The notes below the pieces were generated by a model that saw only the letters and a program-made list of their open reading frames with translations, was not told the DNA's origin and made no database searches. Source: Thalia democratica (taxonomy: Eukaryota). From it: 64,000 nt of DNA. Each line of letters begins with the position of its first letter. The first letter of the stretch is position 1. This document shows, piece by piece, positions 25,101 to 39,299 of the stretch. The DNA lies in the NCBI GenBank assembly GCA_965202585.1, contig OZ241834.1:25978001-26042000 (forward strand). The letters are read 5' to 3'. Both the position numbers and the translations under genes were made by a program.

Positions 25101-26617
25101 GTCAATGAAATCAATGGTACAGAACATTATGATTAATCTAGGTTGAGTAAACTAAGAAATCACTATTAGCAGTAAAGCAGTTAAAACACATGTTTAACTT
25201 GGTAAGCACTTCAATCGTAAACTTTAAAAGACAGTACTGTTGTTGTTTCAAAATATGTTTCAAGAAAGTAGTAAGTTGTTCTATGTTGTTTCGACTGACT
25301 TTAAAACTTTATGAGAAGTGACAAAACAAAGTTTGAAAAAAAAACTTACTTGCATTATTTTCCAGTTAAAAAGTTTCAAAGATAGATTGAAAGGTTATGA
25401 GTGCTGATTGTAAACAAAGCTTTATTCAAACACTAAGTTTGTCAATCTTATTTCTAAACTTTTTCATTTAGATTTTCTTACTCGATTTTATTTTGTATAT
25501 AATGCTGCTTAAAAAATAAACCAACCTCTTTTTTTACGTAAAATTTTTCATCCAAAAGGTATCAGCTTTTGTTTAAGTTCAAATTTAGTGCTAGTGTTCA
25601 TAAGCTTTTTCGACTTATTTACTTCTTTGAATTTAATTAACTTTATTTTGTTTGGAAAATTTACAACCAAATCCATTTGTTCACTTTTATCAGCACACTT
25701 TATTCGGTTGAAATCTGCAAAGTTAAAGTTCTTAGTTTGATCAAGGTTTAAGTTTAACGAGCAAAATTGCATCAGTTATTTTTTAAACTGTATAACAGCT
25801 TCAATCAGTTGTTTGAAACACTAATTGAATGTTAAACTACTTATCTTTTAAACTAGTTTTTCATACACACTGAAAAATAAAGTTTGTGTTTAAATGTAGT
25901 TTACAACTTTAAACAAGTATCATCATAGTTACTGTACAGCACGTTTTTGAAAGGTTGTTTGGAAAACATTGTTGTAAGGTAAGTTACTAGTATGTGCAAC
26001 AACAAAGCTATCTAGTTGTCTGTTTAATAAAAGTTTTGAGTACATTGCTTATGAGTAATCATAAGCAGTAAAGCTAAAAAAAATGAACACTTTTATTCTT
26101 TTGGAATTACTTTTTACACATTAGTTTAAACTGTAATTAACTTGAACATACTTGATAGAACTTACGATTAACAAAACTCCATGAAATCGATATAATGAAA
26201 TTTTGTTTAAGGTAAAAAAAAACCTTGTGCTTTGTTAAAACTTTATTACTTTAGGTGAGCGGCAAAGGAAAACTCAGTCGGGAGTGTGTTAACATGTTTT
26301 GTTTCATTTATGTTTTTCTTAATGTATTTAGAGGTGTGCTGTAAGATACAGGCTGTTATTTCTGGACTTTTCAAACTAATGCTTTAAAAAAATTACTTTT
26401 AGAACAAGTTAAATATGGTTTCTTTCTTACTGGAACTTTTTCAACATTCTTAATAAGACAACTAAGTTTTTATAAGCATATATGTCTTAAACAAACATGC
26501 TAATGCTTATATTAAGAAGTAAAAGGTACCTTGCAAAGCATAACTGCTCAACAGTCAATTCGTCACAGTCAGTAACTCTTGCAAGTATCGTTTTGGTCGC
26601 TTTAATATTCATTCATC

Positions 26618-27172
26618 ATGTCTACCACAGCAGTAGCAGCAGTACCAGCGCCAGCCAGGTCTTCCAAGAGACCAAGCGCCAAGAAGGCAGAGCACCCTAC
26701 TTACAGGGAAATGATTAGCTCTGCCCTTGGAGCAATGAAGGAACGAAAAGGTACATCCCGCCAGAAGATACAAAAGTATATCGCGGACACCTACAAGCTT
26801 GACCTCACAGCTTCCAATTCTCACTTGAAGAGAGCACTTACCAGCGGCGTGACCAAAGGTGCTTTTCTCCAGACAACTGGAAAAGGCGCTTCTGGCTCGT
26901 TCAAGCTTGCTCCAATGCCAGCTGCTGGGCCCAAGAAGAGGACAAAGAAAGTAGCTAAAAAGCCAGCAGCAAAGAAGGCCCCAGCTAAAAAACCAAAAAA
27001 GAAGTGTGCTCCCAAGAAGGCTGCAAAAAAACCAGCAGCCAAAAAGCGACCTGCTAAAAAGTGCGCTCCTAAGAAGGCAGCATCTAAAAAAGCTGCAAGC
27101 AAGAAGAAGAAAGTAACCAAGAAGAAGCCGGCAGCCAAAAAAGCATCCAAGAAGAAGAGCTGTAAAAAATAA
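26618..27172 (+). CDS. H1: Histone H1, 184 aa
   Basis: Repeat copy. Confidence 0.96.
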   Translation: MSTTAVAAVPAPARSSKRPSAKKAEHPTYREMISSALGAMKERKGTSRQKIQKYIADTYKLDLTASNSHLKRALTSGVTKGAFLQTTGKGASGSFKLAPMPAAGPKKRTKKVAKKPAAKKAPAKKPKKKCAPKKAAKKPAAKKRPAKKCAPKKAASKKAASKKKKVTKKKPAAKKASKKKSCKK

Positions 27173-27189
27173 GTTGTTCTTTTACCCAA

Positions 27190-27205
27190 GGTCCTTTTCA
27201 GGACC
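27190..27205 (+). terminator. Histone 3' stem-loop (H1)
   Basis: Repeat copy. Confidence 0.95.
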
Positions 27206-27272
27206 ACTCAAACAAAATATAACGTAACTCAAAATGCATAAAACAATGCTAAGTTGAAAATATGCAAATTAG

Positions 27273-27764
<492 letters not shown>

Positions 27765-27779
27765 GCGTTAGCTAAAACC

Positions 27780-27795
27780 GGTCCTTTTCAGGGCC
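27780..27795 (+). terminator. Histone 3' stem-loop (H3)
   Basis: Repeat copy. Confidence 0.95.
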
Positions 27796-27908
27796 ACCTT
27801 AAAACCTTGACAGTGAGAAAAACTTAACCGAACGTAAGTTAAGAGACTTTTTTGAGTATGCAAATTAGTTAGTAGTTACCGTACGCGTCCGTAACAGCTT
27901 GTATATAA

Positions 27909-28256
<348 letters not shown>

Positions 28257-28273
28257 TCGCTTTTAGCAAACCC

Positions 28274-28289
28274 GGTCCTTTTTAGGACC
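28274..28289 (+). terminator. Histone 3' stem-loop (H4)
   Basis: Repeat copy. Confidence 0.95.
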
Positions 28290-28438
28290 ACCTAATTCAA
28301 TATAAAAGTTTTACAACACTTTTGACAAGATTAAGCATTAGCTATGACATATGCAAATTAGTTTTTTGTTCGACGCGGTTAGGTATGAGTTGTATATTGA
28401 GCTGTGCAAGCTATCATCACAATCATTCGAACAACAAA

Positions 28439-28819
28439 ATGTCAGGACGTGGTAAAAGATCAAAACTCAAATCTAAGCCGAAGAGCAGGTCTTCCCGTGC
28501 AGGACTGCAGTTTCCAGTCGGTCGCGTGCACCGCCTGTTGCGCACCGGCAACTACAGCCAAAGAGTCGGAGCTGGTGCTCCAGTTTATCTGGCTGCCGTT
28601 CTCGAGTACTTGAGCGCAGAAGTGCTCGAGCTTGCCGGTAACGCTGCTCGTGACAACAAGAAAAGCAGGATCATTCCTCGCCATTTGCAACTAGCTATTC
28701 GCAACGACGAAGAGTTGAACAAACTTCTCGGAGGCGTCACAATTGCTCAAGGTGGTGTTCTTCCAAACATCCAGGCAGTACTATTGCCTAAGAAGACCGC
28801 TTCAAAAAAGTCAGCCTAA
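28439..28819 (+). CDS. H2A: Histone H2A (G6R copy)
   Basis: Repeat copy with AGA at 28457-28459. Confidence 0.96.
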   Translation: MSGRGKRSKLKSKPKSRSSRAGLQFPVGRVHRLLRTGNYSQRVGAGAPVYLAAVLEYLSAEVLELAGNAARDNKKSRIIPRHLQLAIRNDEELNKLLGGVTIAQGGVLPNIQAVLLPKKTASKKSA

Positions 28820-28833
28820 GTTAAAAAAAACCA

Positions 28834-28849
28834 GGTCCTTTTCAGGACC
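28834..28849 (+). terminator. Histone 3' stem-loop (H2A)
   Basis: Repeat copy. Confidence 0.95.
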
Positions 28850-28982
28850 ACCAAAATATTTACAACAAACGAGAGAATTGTGAAGTGAGAGAAACCAGCT
28901 ATCGTTCGCGTACGGAACTATGCTAATTTGCATAATTTTTCAGGATATAAACCGGCGCCGAGACAGAAGTCCACACATCATC

Positions 28983-29342
28983 ATGACAGCAACCAAAGGC
29001 GCGAAGAAGTCAGTAGCCAAGACCGCTCCGGTCGACGGCAAGAAGAAGCGAAGGAGGAGAAACAAAGAAAGCTTTGGCATCTACGTGTACAAAGTTTTGA
29101 AGCAAGTGCACCCCGACACCGGAATTTCCAGCAAGGCAATGGGAATCATGAACTCATTTGTCAACGACATCTTCGAGCGCATTGCAGCAGAGGCTTCACG
29201 TTTGGCTCATTACAACAAGAGGTCAACTGTTAGCAGCCGCGAAATTCAAACTGCTGTCAGGCTCTTGCTCCCCGGCGAGTTGTCAAAGCACGCAGTTTCA
29301 GAAGGAACTAAAGCTGTTACCAAATACACCAGCTCAAAATAA
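28983..29342 (+). CDS. H2B: Histone H2B
   Basis: Repeat copy. Confidence 0.96.
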   Translation: MTATKGAKKSVAKTAPVDGKKKRRRRNKESFGIYVYKVLKQVHPDTGISSKAMGIMNSFVNDIFERIAAEASRLAHYNKRSTVSSREIQTAVRLLLPGELSKHAVSEGTKAVTKYTSSK

Positions 29343-29355
29343 ACGCTAAACAACC

Positions 29356-29371
29356 GGTCCTTTTTAGGACC
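29356..29371 (+). terminator. Histone 3' stem-loop (H2B)
   Basis: Repeat copy. Confidence 0.95.
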
Positions 29372-32300
29372 ACCATTTGAATAGAACCAGCTGTTCATGT
29401 TTACTTAAAGTACAAGAATATAAGCTTAGTACAAATAAATTCTTATTTGTGTAAATTAAAAACTCATATACTTGAATGAACACACTTTTTTTTTGTTTCA
29501 AATACTTTATAAACTTGTAACTCGTTATATTGTAGAAAAAGCATTGCATTAGTCTAAAAACAGTAGTAGTGCTTGTAATCAAATGGTTTGTAAAAGATGT
29601 TTAACTAACTTGATTTTGTTGTCCGTAAGATTTTTCATCTGAATACTTTTTGTACAAAACACTTGTTTTTATTCATTTGCTGAAGTTCTGTTGAAACATT
29701 CAATAAATAAGTGCTTACAAAAAAGTATCATCTTTTTAAACAAAAATGTATATCACTTATAACATGCAAAAACTTAGTTGTAACTTTATTTTAAGTTGTT
29801 GTTGATTATTAGTAACACAACCGAGCTTTAACTTTTTAAACGAGTTCTTCTTATCAACTTAACTGCAATTGAAGCCATGTAACACGTTTTAAAAAGTTAC
29901 GAATACATAAATGAATACAAAAATGGTTGTTCAAAACAAAAAATTACAGATGTGTTTTCAAGTAAAACAACATATTCCTTCTTTCAAAGCTAACTTCTGT
30001 TTAGCATATTCAAGAAACATTTTCAATTCAAAACATAAACACACAAAACAAACCAGCTCATTGGTTGAAACTTGGTAAAACACAAAAAAGTAGCTGCTTG
30101 TACTTTTTTAAGTAATTTATTATTCTAGTTTTCAAAGTAAAAGGTACTTGTTTTAACTAGATATGAGACAACTTACTGACCTTTAACAACTCTAGTAGTT
30201 TGTTGAAAGTTATGTTTCTACATATCTAAAGTAATCAGGACCACCAGTTGATTTAAGCAGCTACTAATGTCGAGTAAACAGTGTCAAACAAGCTTAAACT
30301 AAGCGACAAAAAATGTACAAATTTATATCTACATTGTGCGTGTTGGTAAAAAGTAACAGTTAGTGTATTTCAATAACTTCTAAATAAACTTTCTAAAACT
30401 GAATTTCTCTGTTTTTATTTCTACTAGTTAGTTACACTTACTTCAGTTTTTGTAGTTCTACTTGACATTTTAAACTACTTTTGATAATGTAGAATAAGTT
30501 TTTCTGCTTCACTAGTATTTAAATGTTAGGTAAAAATGTTTTTTAATGGGAATTTTCTTGTTTAACTTATTGTTTAAACAAAACTTATTCTAGTTCATTT
30601 TACTTTGTAAACTTGTTTTTCAAACACTCAATACATATTTGTTGTTAGTTTAATAAAAAAATCAATCTGTCACTAACTAAAAATTTATGCTTAAATAAGA
30701 CATTATATTAAATGAGAAGAAAAATTTACTTTGCGTTGATACTAAAAATGCTCAATGATATTTGTTTAAGGTCTGATTGTCAAATAAGTATTAGTTTTAT
30801 TTATCAGAATGCAAATGAAACAATAAAAAACTGTTTAAAAGTTGAACAGTCAAACTAATGTAGACAACAGTGATTGTTTAAAACAAACATACAATTGAAA
30901 TAATCTTTCTGCTTACAAAGCTCATACTTGTTTTGTTGAACTCATTTTTTCTGTGGCTATGACAAATTACAAAATGATTCCACGGTAAAAAAGAACAGCT
31001 TGTTACAATTTTTTGTAACTCTTTTTTAAACTATGTATGAGACAACTCAAAACGACGATACTTGTTTGTTTTAAGCTATGTACTTTTTAAATCTAAAGAT
31101 TAGGTGGATCACCAATTAATTACACAAGCTACTAATGACTACTAAACTCAACAACACAAATAAACATACTTAATCAACTTTGTGGTGATAAAGAATCAAA
31201 AACATATTTCCTTCCAAATTATAAAGCCCATTATTTATTAAATACCTAGCTTGCCAAATTTCTCTACTATACTTTTTTTATGCAACTGTTAAGAAGGGAA
31301 CTCTAGCTAGATAACTGCTCTAATCCTTACTTTATTGCTTACTATTATCGAATGCTTAGTGAAAAGCTTTAACTAACTTGAGTGTCTTTTTCGTGGCTTT
31401 TTTCCTTTTAACTTTCTTTTCCAAATAAAACTTATTCTCATTAACTTTGTGGACATTTTTTAATTCAATATTTCATTTGTTTTTTAGTTTATTAAAAAAA
31501 TACTGTGCCTACGTCACTGTAAAAACTATTTGTATTTTTCAATGAAAATAGTACGCTTAAACAGAAATAAAAATAAAACTTTGACTTATTAACTGAAAAC
31601 GTTTTAAACTGTTAATAACAAACAATGTTTAGTGTCCTTAAAAAATGCTGTTCAATTACAATTAAACTACAACTGAAACATGCTTAACAATTCAAAACTG
31701 GTGTAACACATAAATGTAAACAACATCGATTGTTCAAAAGAAAGAGAACACTATTAACAAGTACACAATTTACAAAACAAAATACCTTAATAAAATGATG
31801 AACTTGTATAAACAAATCTTTTATTTTACAAAGCTTACATCTACTTACTTGATTTAAGCTTTCTAATCTTGTCAAGCATATGAAATAAACCAATTGATTA
31901 GCTAAAACATGGTACAAAGAAAAGAAGTAAAAAACTTGTTACCACTTGTTTGTTACCCTTATGTACGCTATACATAAGTAAACTGAAATTACTGTAACTT
32001 GTTGCTTTAAGCTGTGTAGTTTTTATAAATCTAAAGAAGAAGAAAAAACTGGACAAAGCGAAACCAAAACTTTTTTTAGCCTTCATTTTTTTACAGCTTA
32101 TTATGTGATGGTACAAGTTCCATAATAGGCAAACAACAATGTAAAACTTTGAATCAAGCAAATACTTTGTTTTATATGGTCTATAATTGAATAAGATAAC
32201 AGTTACTTTGTTTCAAGTTTATATGTTATTGCTACAACAGCTATGTTCTTAACGACATCCGAGAATAAAATGTAACTTATCCTAAGCTGTGTTTTTAACT

Positions 32301-33872
32301 ACATTAACAGTAAGCTAGAGATAACTAGTTACGAATTTTGAAAAGCAAACATTTAGTCAATGAAATCAATGGTACAGAACATTATGATTAATCTAGGTTG
32401 AGTAAACTAAGAAATCACTATTAGCAGTAAAGCAGTTAAAACACATGTTTAACTTGGTAAGCACTTCAATCGTAAACTTTAAAAGACAGTACTGTTGTTG
32501 TTTCAAAATATGTTTCAAGAAAGTAGTAAGTTGTTCTATGTTGTTTCGACTGACTTTAAAACTTTATGAGAAGTGACAAAACAAAGTTTGAAAAAAAAAC
32601 TTACTTGCATTATTTTCCAGTTAAAAAGTTTCAAAGATAGATTGAAAGGTTATGAGTGCTGATTGTAAACAAAGCTTTATTCAAACACTAAGTTTGTCAA
32701 TCTTATTTCTAAACTTTTTCATTTAGATTTTCTTACTCGATTTTATTTTGTATATAATGCTGCTTAAAAAATAAACCAACCTCTTTTTTTACGTAAAATT
32801 TTTCATCCAAAAGGTATCAGCTTTTGTTTAAGTTCAAATTTAGTGCTAGTGTTCATAAGCTTTTTCGACTTATTTACTTCTTTGAATTTAATTAACTTTA
32901 TTTTGTTTGGAAAATTTACAACCAAATCCATTTGTTCACTTTTATCAGCACACTTTATTCGGTTGAAATCTGCAAAGTTAAAGTTCTTAGTTTGATCAAG
33001 GTTTAAGTTTAACGAGCAAAATTGCATCAGTTATTTTTTAAACTGTATAACAGCTTCAATCAGTTGTTTGAAACACTAATTGAATGTTAAACTACTTATC
33101 TTTTAAACTAGTTTTTCATACACACTGAAAAATAAAGTTTGTGTTTAAATGTAGTTTACAACTTTAAACAAGTATCATCATAGTTACTGTACAGCACGTT
33201 TTTGAAAGGTTGTTTGGAAAACATTGTTGTAAGGTAAGTTACTAGTATGTGCAACAACAAAGCTATCTAGTTGTCTGTTTAATAAAAGTTTTGAGTACAT
33301 TGCTTATGAGTAATCATAAGCAGTAAAGCTAAAAAAAATGAACACTTTTATTCTTTTGGAATTACTTTTTACACATTAGTTTAAACTGTAATTAACTTGA
33401 ACATACTTGATAGAACTTACGATTAACAAAACTCCATGAAATCGATATAATGAAATTTTGTTTAAGGTAAAAAAAAACCTTGTGCTTTGTTAAAACTTTA
33501 TTACTTTAGGTGAGCGGCAAAGGAAAACTCAGTCGGGAGTGTGTTAACATGTTTTGTTTCATTTATGTTTTTCTTAATGTATTTAGAGGTGTGCTGTAAG
33601 ATACAGGCTGTTATTTCTGGACTTTTCAAACTAATGCTTTAAAAAAATTACTTTTAGAACAAGTTAAATATGGTTTCTTTCTTACTGGAACTTTTTCAAC
33701 ATTCTTAATAAGACAACTAAGTTTTTATAAGCATATATGTCTTAAACAAACATGCTAATGCTTATATTAAGAAGTAAAAGGTACCTTGCAAAGCATAACT
33801 GCTCAACAGTCAATTCGTCACAGTCAGTAACTCTTGCAAGTATCGTTTTGGTCGCTTTAATATTCATTCATC

Positions 33873-34427
33873 ATGTCTACCACAGCAGTAGCAGCAGTAC
33901 CAGCGCCAGCCAGGTCTTCCAAGAGACCAAGCGCCAAGAAGGCAGAGCACCCTACTTACAGGGAAATGATTAGCTCTGCCCTTGGAGCAATGAAGGAACG
34001 AAAAGGTACATCCCGCCAGAAGATACAAAAGTATATCGCGGACACCTACAAGCTTGACCTCACAGCTTCCAATTCTCACTTGAAGAGAGCACTTACCAGC
34101 GGCGTGACCAAAGGTGCTTTTCTCCAGACAACTGGAAAAGGCGCTTCTGGCTCGTTCAAGCTTGCTCCAATGCCAGCTGCTGGGCCCAAGAAGAGGACAA
34201 AGAAAGTAGCTAAAAAGCCAGCAGCAAAGAAGGCCCCAGCTAAAAAACCAAAAAAGAAGTGTGCTCCCAAGAAGGCTGCAAAAAAACCAGCAGCCAAAAA
34301 GCGACCTGCTAAAAAGTGCGCTCCTAAGAAGGCAGCATCTAAAAAAGCTGCAAGCAAGAAGAAGAAAGTAACCAAGAAGAAGCCGGCAGCCAAAAAAGCA
34401 TCCAAGAAGAAGAGCTGTAAAAAATAA
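33873..34427 (+). CDS. H1: Histone H1, 184 aa
   Basis: Repeat copy. Confidence 0.96.
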   Translation: MSTTAVAAVPAPARSSKRPSAKKAEHPTYREMISSALGAMKERKGTSRQKIQKYIADTYKLDLTASNSHLKRALTSGVTKGAFLQTTGKGASGSFKLAPMPAAGPKKRTKKVAKKPAAKKAPAKKPKKKCAPKKAAKKPAAKKRPAKKCAPKKAASKKAASKKKKVTKKKPAAKKASKKKSCKK

Positions 34428-34444
34428 GTTGTTCTTTTACCCAA

Positions 34445-34460
34445 GGTCCTTTTCAGGACC
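34445..34460 (+). terminator. Histone 3' stem-loop (H1)
   Basis: Repeat copy. Confidence 0.95.
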
Positions 34461-34527
34461 ACTCAAACAAAATATAACGTAACTCAAAATGCATAAAACA
34501 ATGCTAAGTTGAAAATATGCAAATTAG

Positions 34528-35019
<492 letters not shown>

Positions 35020-35034
35020 GCGTTAGCTAAAACC

Positions 35035-35050
35035 GGTCCTTTTCAGGGCC
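35035..35050 (+). terminator. Histone 3' stem-loop (H3)
   Basis: Repeat copy. Confidence 0.95.
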
Positions 35051-35163
35051 ACCTTAAAACCTTGACAGTGAGAAAAACTTAACCGAACGTAAGTTAAGAG
35101 ACTTTTTTGAGTATGCAAATTAGTTAGTAGTTACCGTACGCGTCCGTAACAGCTTGTATATAA

Positions 35164-35511
<348 letters not shown>

Positions 35512-35528
35512 TCGCTTTTAGCAAACCC

Positions 35529-35544
35529 GGTCCTTTTTAGGACC
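35529..35544 (+). terminator. Histone 3' stem-loop (H4)
   Basis: Repeat copy. Confidence 0.95.
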
Positions 35545-35693
35545 ACCTAATTCAATATAAAAGTTTTACAACACTTTTGACAAGATTAAGCATTAGCTAT
35601 GACATATGCAAATTAGTTTTTTGTTCGACGCGGTTAGGTATGAGTTGTATATTGAGCTGTGCAAGCTATCATCACAATCATTCGAACAACAAA

Positions 35694-36074
35694 ATGTCAG
35701 GACGTGGTAAAGGATCAAAACTCAAATCTAAGCCGAAGAGCAGGTCTTCCCGTGCAGGACTGCAGTTTCCAGTCGGTCGCGTGCACCGCCTGTTGCGCAC
35801 CGGCAACTACAGCCAAAGAGTCGGAGCTGGTGCTCCAGTTTATCTGGCTGCCGTTCTCGAGTACTTGAGCGCAGAAGTGCTCGAGCTTGCCGGTAACGCT
35901 GCTCGTGACAACAAGAAAAGCAGGATCATTCCTCGCCATTTGCAACTAGCTATTCGCAACGACGAAGAGTTGAACAAACTTCTCGGAGGCGTCACAATTG
36001 CTCAAGGTGGTGTTCTTCCAAACATCCAGGCAGTACTATTGCCTAAGAAGACCGCTTCAAAAAAGTCAGCCTAA
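35694..36074 (+). CDS. H2A: Histone H2A
   Basis: Repeat copy. Confidence 0.97.
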   Translation: MSGRGKGSKLKSKPKSRSSRAGLQFPVGRVHRLLRTGNYSQRVGAGAPVYLAAVLEYLSAEVLELAGNAARDNKKSRIIPRHLQLAIRNDEELNKLLGGVTIAQGGVLPNIQAVLLPKKTASKKSA

Positions 36075-36088
36075 GTTAAAAAAAACCA

Positions 36089-36104
36089 GGTCCTTTTCAG
36101 GACC
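36089..36104 (+). terminator. Histone 3' stem-loop (H2A)
   Basis: Repeat copy. Confidence 0.95.
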
Positions 36105-36237
36105 ACCAAAATATTTACAACAAACGAGAGAATTGTGAAGTGAGAGAAACCAGCTATCGTTCGCGTACGGAACTATGCTAATTTGCATAATTTTTCAGGA
36201 TATAAACCGGCGCCGAGACAGAAGTCCACACATCATC

Positions 36238-36597
36238 ATGACAGCAACCAAAGGCGCGAAGAAGTCAGTAGCCAAGACCGCTCCGGTCGACGGCAAGAAG
36301 AAGCGAAGGAGGAGAAACAAAGAAAGCTTTGGCATCTACGTGTACAAAGTTTTGAAGCAAGTGCACCCCGACACCGGAATTTCCAGCAAGGCAATGGGAA
36401 TCATGAACTCATTTGTCAACGACATCTTCGAGCGCATTGCAGCAGAGGCTTCACGTTTGGCTCATTACAACAAGAGGTCAACTGTTAGCAGCCGCGAAAT
36501 TCAAACTGCTGTCAGGCTCTTGCTCCCCGGCGAGTTGTCAAAGCACGCAGTTTCAGAAGGAACTAAAGCTGTTACCAAATACACCAGCTCAAAATAA
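36238..36597 (+). CDS. H2B: Histone H2B
   Basis: Repeat copy. Confidence 0.96.
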   Translation: MTATKGAKKSVAKTAPVDGKKKRRRRNKESFGIYVYKVLKQVHPDTGISSKAMGIMNSFVNDIFERIAAEASRLAHYNKRSTVSSREIQTAVRLLLPGELSKHAVSEGTKAVTKYTSSK

Positions 36598-36610
36598 ACG
36601 CTAAACAACC

Positions 36611-36626
36611 GGTCCTTTTTAGGACC
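36611..36626 (+). terminator. Histone 3' stem-loop (H2B)
   Basis: Repeat copy. Confidence 0.95.
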
Positions 36627-38980
36627 ACCATTTGAATAGAACCAGCTGTTCATGTTTACTTAAAGTACAAGAATATAAGCTTAGTACAAATAAATTCTTA
36701 TTTGTGTAAATTAAAAACTCATATACTTGAATGAACACACTTTTTTTTTGTTTCAAATACTTTATAAACTTGTAACTCGTTATATTGTAGAAAAAGCATT
36801 GCATTAGTCTAAAAACAGTAGTAGTGCTTGTAATCAAATGGTTTGTAAAAGATGTTTAACTAACTTGATTTTGTTGTCCGTAAGATTTTTCATCTGAATA
36901 CTTTTTGTACAAAACACTTGTTTTTATTCATTTGCTGAAGTTCTGTTGAAACATTCAATAAATAAGTGCTTACAAAAAAGTATCATCTTTTTAAACAAAA
37001 ATGTATATCACTTATAACATGCAAAAACTTAGTTGTAACTTTATTTTAAGTTGTTGTTGATTATTAGTAACACAACCGAGCTTTAACTTTTTAAACGAGT
37101 TCTTCTTATCAACTTAACTGCAATTGAAGCCATGTAACACGTTTTAAAAAGTTACGAATACATAAATGAATACAAAAATGGTTGTTCAAAACAAAAAATT
37201 ACAGATGTGTTTTCAAGTAAAACAACATATTCCTTCTTTCAAAGCTAACTTCTGTTTAGCATATTCAAGAAACATTTTCAATTCAAAACATAAACACACA
37301 AAACAAACCAGCTCATTGGTTGAAACTTGGTAAAACACAAAAAAGTAGCTGCTTGTACTTTTTTAAGTAATTTATTATTCTAGTTTTCAAAGTAAAAGGT
37401 ACTTGTTTTAACTAGATATGAGACAACTTACTGACCTTTAACAACTCTAGTAGTTTGTTGAAAGTTATGTTTCTACATATCTAAAGTAATCAGGACCACC
37501 AGTTGATTTAAGCAGCTACTAATGTCGAGTAAACAGTGTCAAACAAGCTTAAACTAAGCGACAAAAAATGTACAAATTTATATCTACATTGTGCGTGTTG
37601 GTAAAAAGTAACAGTTAGTGTATTTCAATAACTTCTAAATAAACTTTCTAAAACTGAATTTCTCTGTTTTTATTTCTACTAGTTAGTTACACTTACTTCA
37701 GTTTTTGTAGTTCTACTTGACATTTTAAACTACTTTTGATAATGTAGAATAAGTTTTTCTGCTTCACTAGTATTTAAATGTTAGGTAAAAATGTTTTTTA
37801 ATGGGAATTTTCTTGTTTAACTTATTGTTTAAACAAAACTTATTCTAGTTCATTTTACTTTGTAAACTTGTTTTTCAAACACTCAATACATATTTGTTGT
37901 TAGTTTAATAAAAAAATCAATCTGTCACTAACTAAAAATTTATGCTTAAATAAGACATTATATTAAATGAGAAGAAAAATTTACTTTGCGTTGATACTAA
38001 AAATGCTCAATGATATTTGTTTAAGGTCTGATTGTCAAATAAGTATTAGTTTTATTTATCAGAATGCAAATGAAACAATAAAAAACTGTTTAAAAGTTGA
38101 ACAGTCAAACTAATGTAGACAACAGTGATTGTTTAAAACAAACATACAATTGAAATAATCTTTCTGCTTACAAAGCTCATACTTGTTTTGTTGAACTCAT
38201 TTTTTCTGTGGCTATGACAAATTACAAAATGATTCCACGGTAAAAAAGAACAGCTTGTTACAATTTTTTGTAACTCTTTTTTAAACTATGTATGAGACAA
38301 CTCAAAACGACGATACTTGTTTGTTTTAAGCTATGTACTTTTTAAATCTAAAGATTAGGTGGATCACCAATTAATTACACAAGCTACTAATGACTACTAA
38401 ACTCAACAACACAAATAAACATACTTAATCAACTTTGTGGTGATAAAGAATCAAAAACATATTTCCTTCCAAATTATAAAGCCCATTATTTATTAAATAC
38501 CTAGCTTGCCAAATTTCTCTACTATACTTTTTTTATGCAACTGTTAAGAAGGGAACTCTAGCTAGATAACTGCTCTAATCCTTACTTTATTGCTTACTAT
38601 TATCGAATGCTTAGTGAAAAGCTTTAACTAACTTGAGTGTCTTTTTCGTGGCTTTTTTCCTTTTAACTTTCTTTTCCAAATAAAACTTATTCTCATTAAC
38701 TTTGTGGACATTTTTTAATTCAATATTTCATTTGTTTTTTAGTTTATTAAAAAAATACTGTGCCTACGTCACTGTAAAAACTATTTGTATTTTTCAATGA
38801 AAATAGTACGCTTAAACAGAAATAAAAATAAAACTTTGACTTATTAACTGAAAACGTTTTAAACTGTTAATAACAAACAATGTTTAGTGTCCTTAAAAAA
38901 TGCTGTTCAATTACAATTAAACTACAACTGAAACATGCTTAACAATTCAAAACTGGTGTAACACATAAATGTAAACAACA

Positions 38981-39180
38981 NNNNNNNNNNNNNNNNNNNN
39001 NNNNNNNNNNNNNNNNNNNNNNNNNNNNNNNNNNNNNNNNNNNNNNNNNNNNNNNNNNNNNNNNNNNNNNNNNNNNNNNNNNNNNNNNNNNNNNNNNNNN
39101 NNNNNNNNNNNNNNNNNNNNNNNNNNNNNNNNNNNNNNNNNNNNNNNNNNNNNNNNNNNNNNNNNNNNNNNNNNNNNNNN
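38981..39180. other. Assembly gap (200 N)
   Basis: Run of exactly 200 N; a round placeholder, true size unknown. Confidence 0.99.
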
Positions 39181-39299
39181 CCAAGGGCAGAGCTAATCAT
39201 TTCCCTGTAAGTAGGGTGCTCTGCCTTCTTGGCGCTTGGTCTCTTGGAAGACCTGGCTGCGGCTGGCGCTGGTACTGCTGCTACTGCTGTGGTAGACAT
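39181..39299 (-). CDS. H1: Histone H1 5' part, truncated by the assembly gap
   Basis: MSTTAVAAVPAPAAARSSKRPSAKKAEHPTYREMISSAL then N-run. Confidence 0.9.

Noticed and set aside
39181-39299. Truncated H1 as a pseudogene
   Set aside because: Truncation coincides exactly with the N gap; the 138-aa and 81-aa ORFs crossing the gap are artefacts
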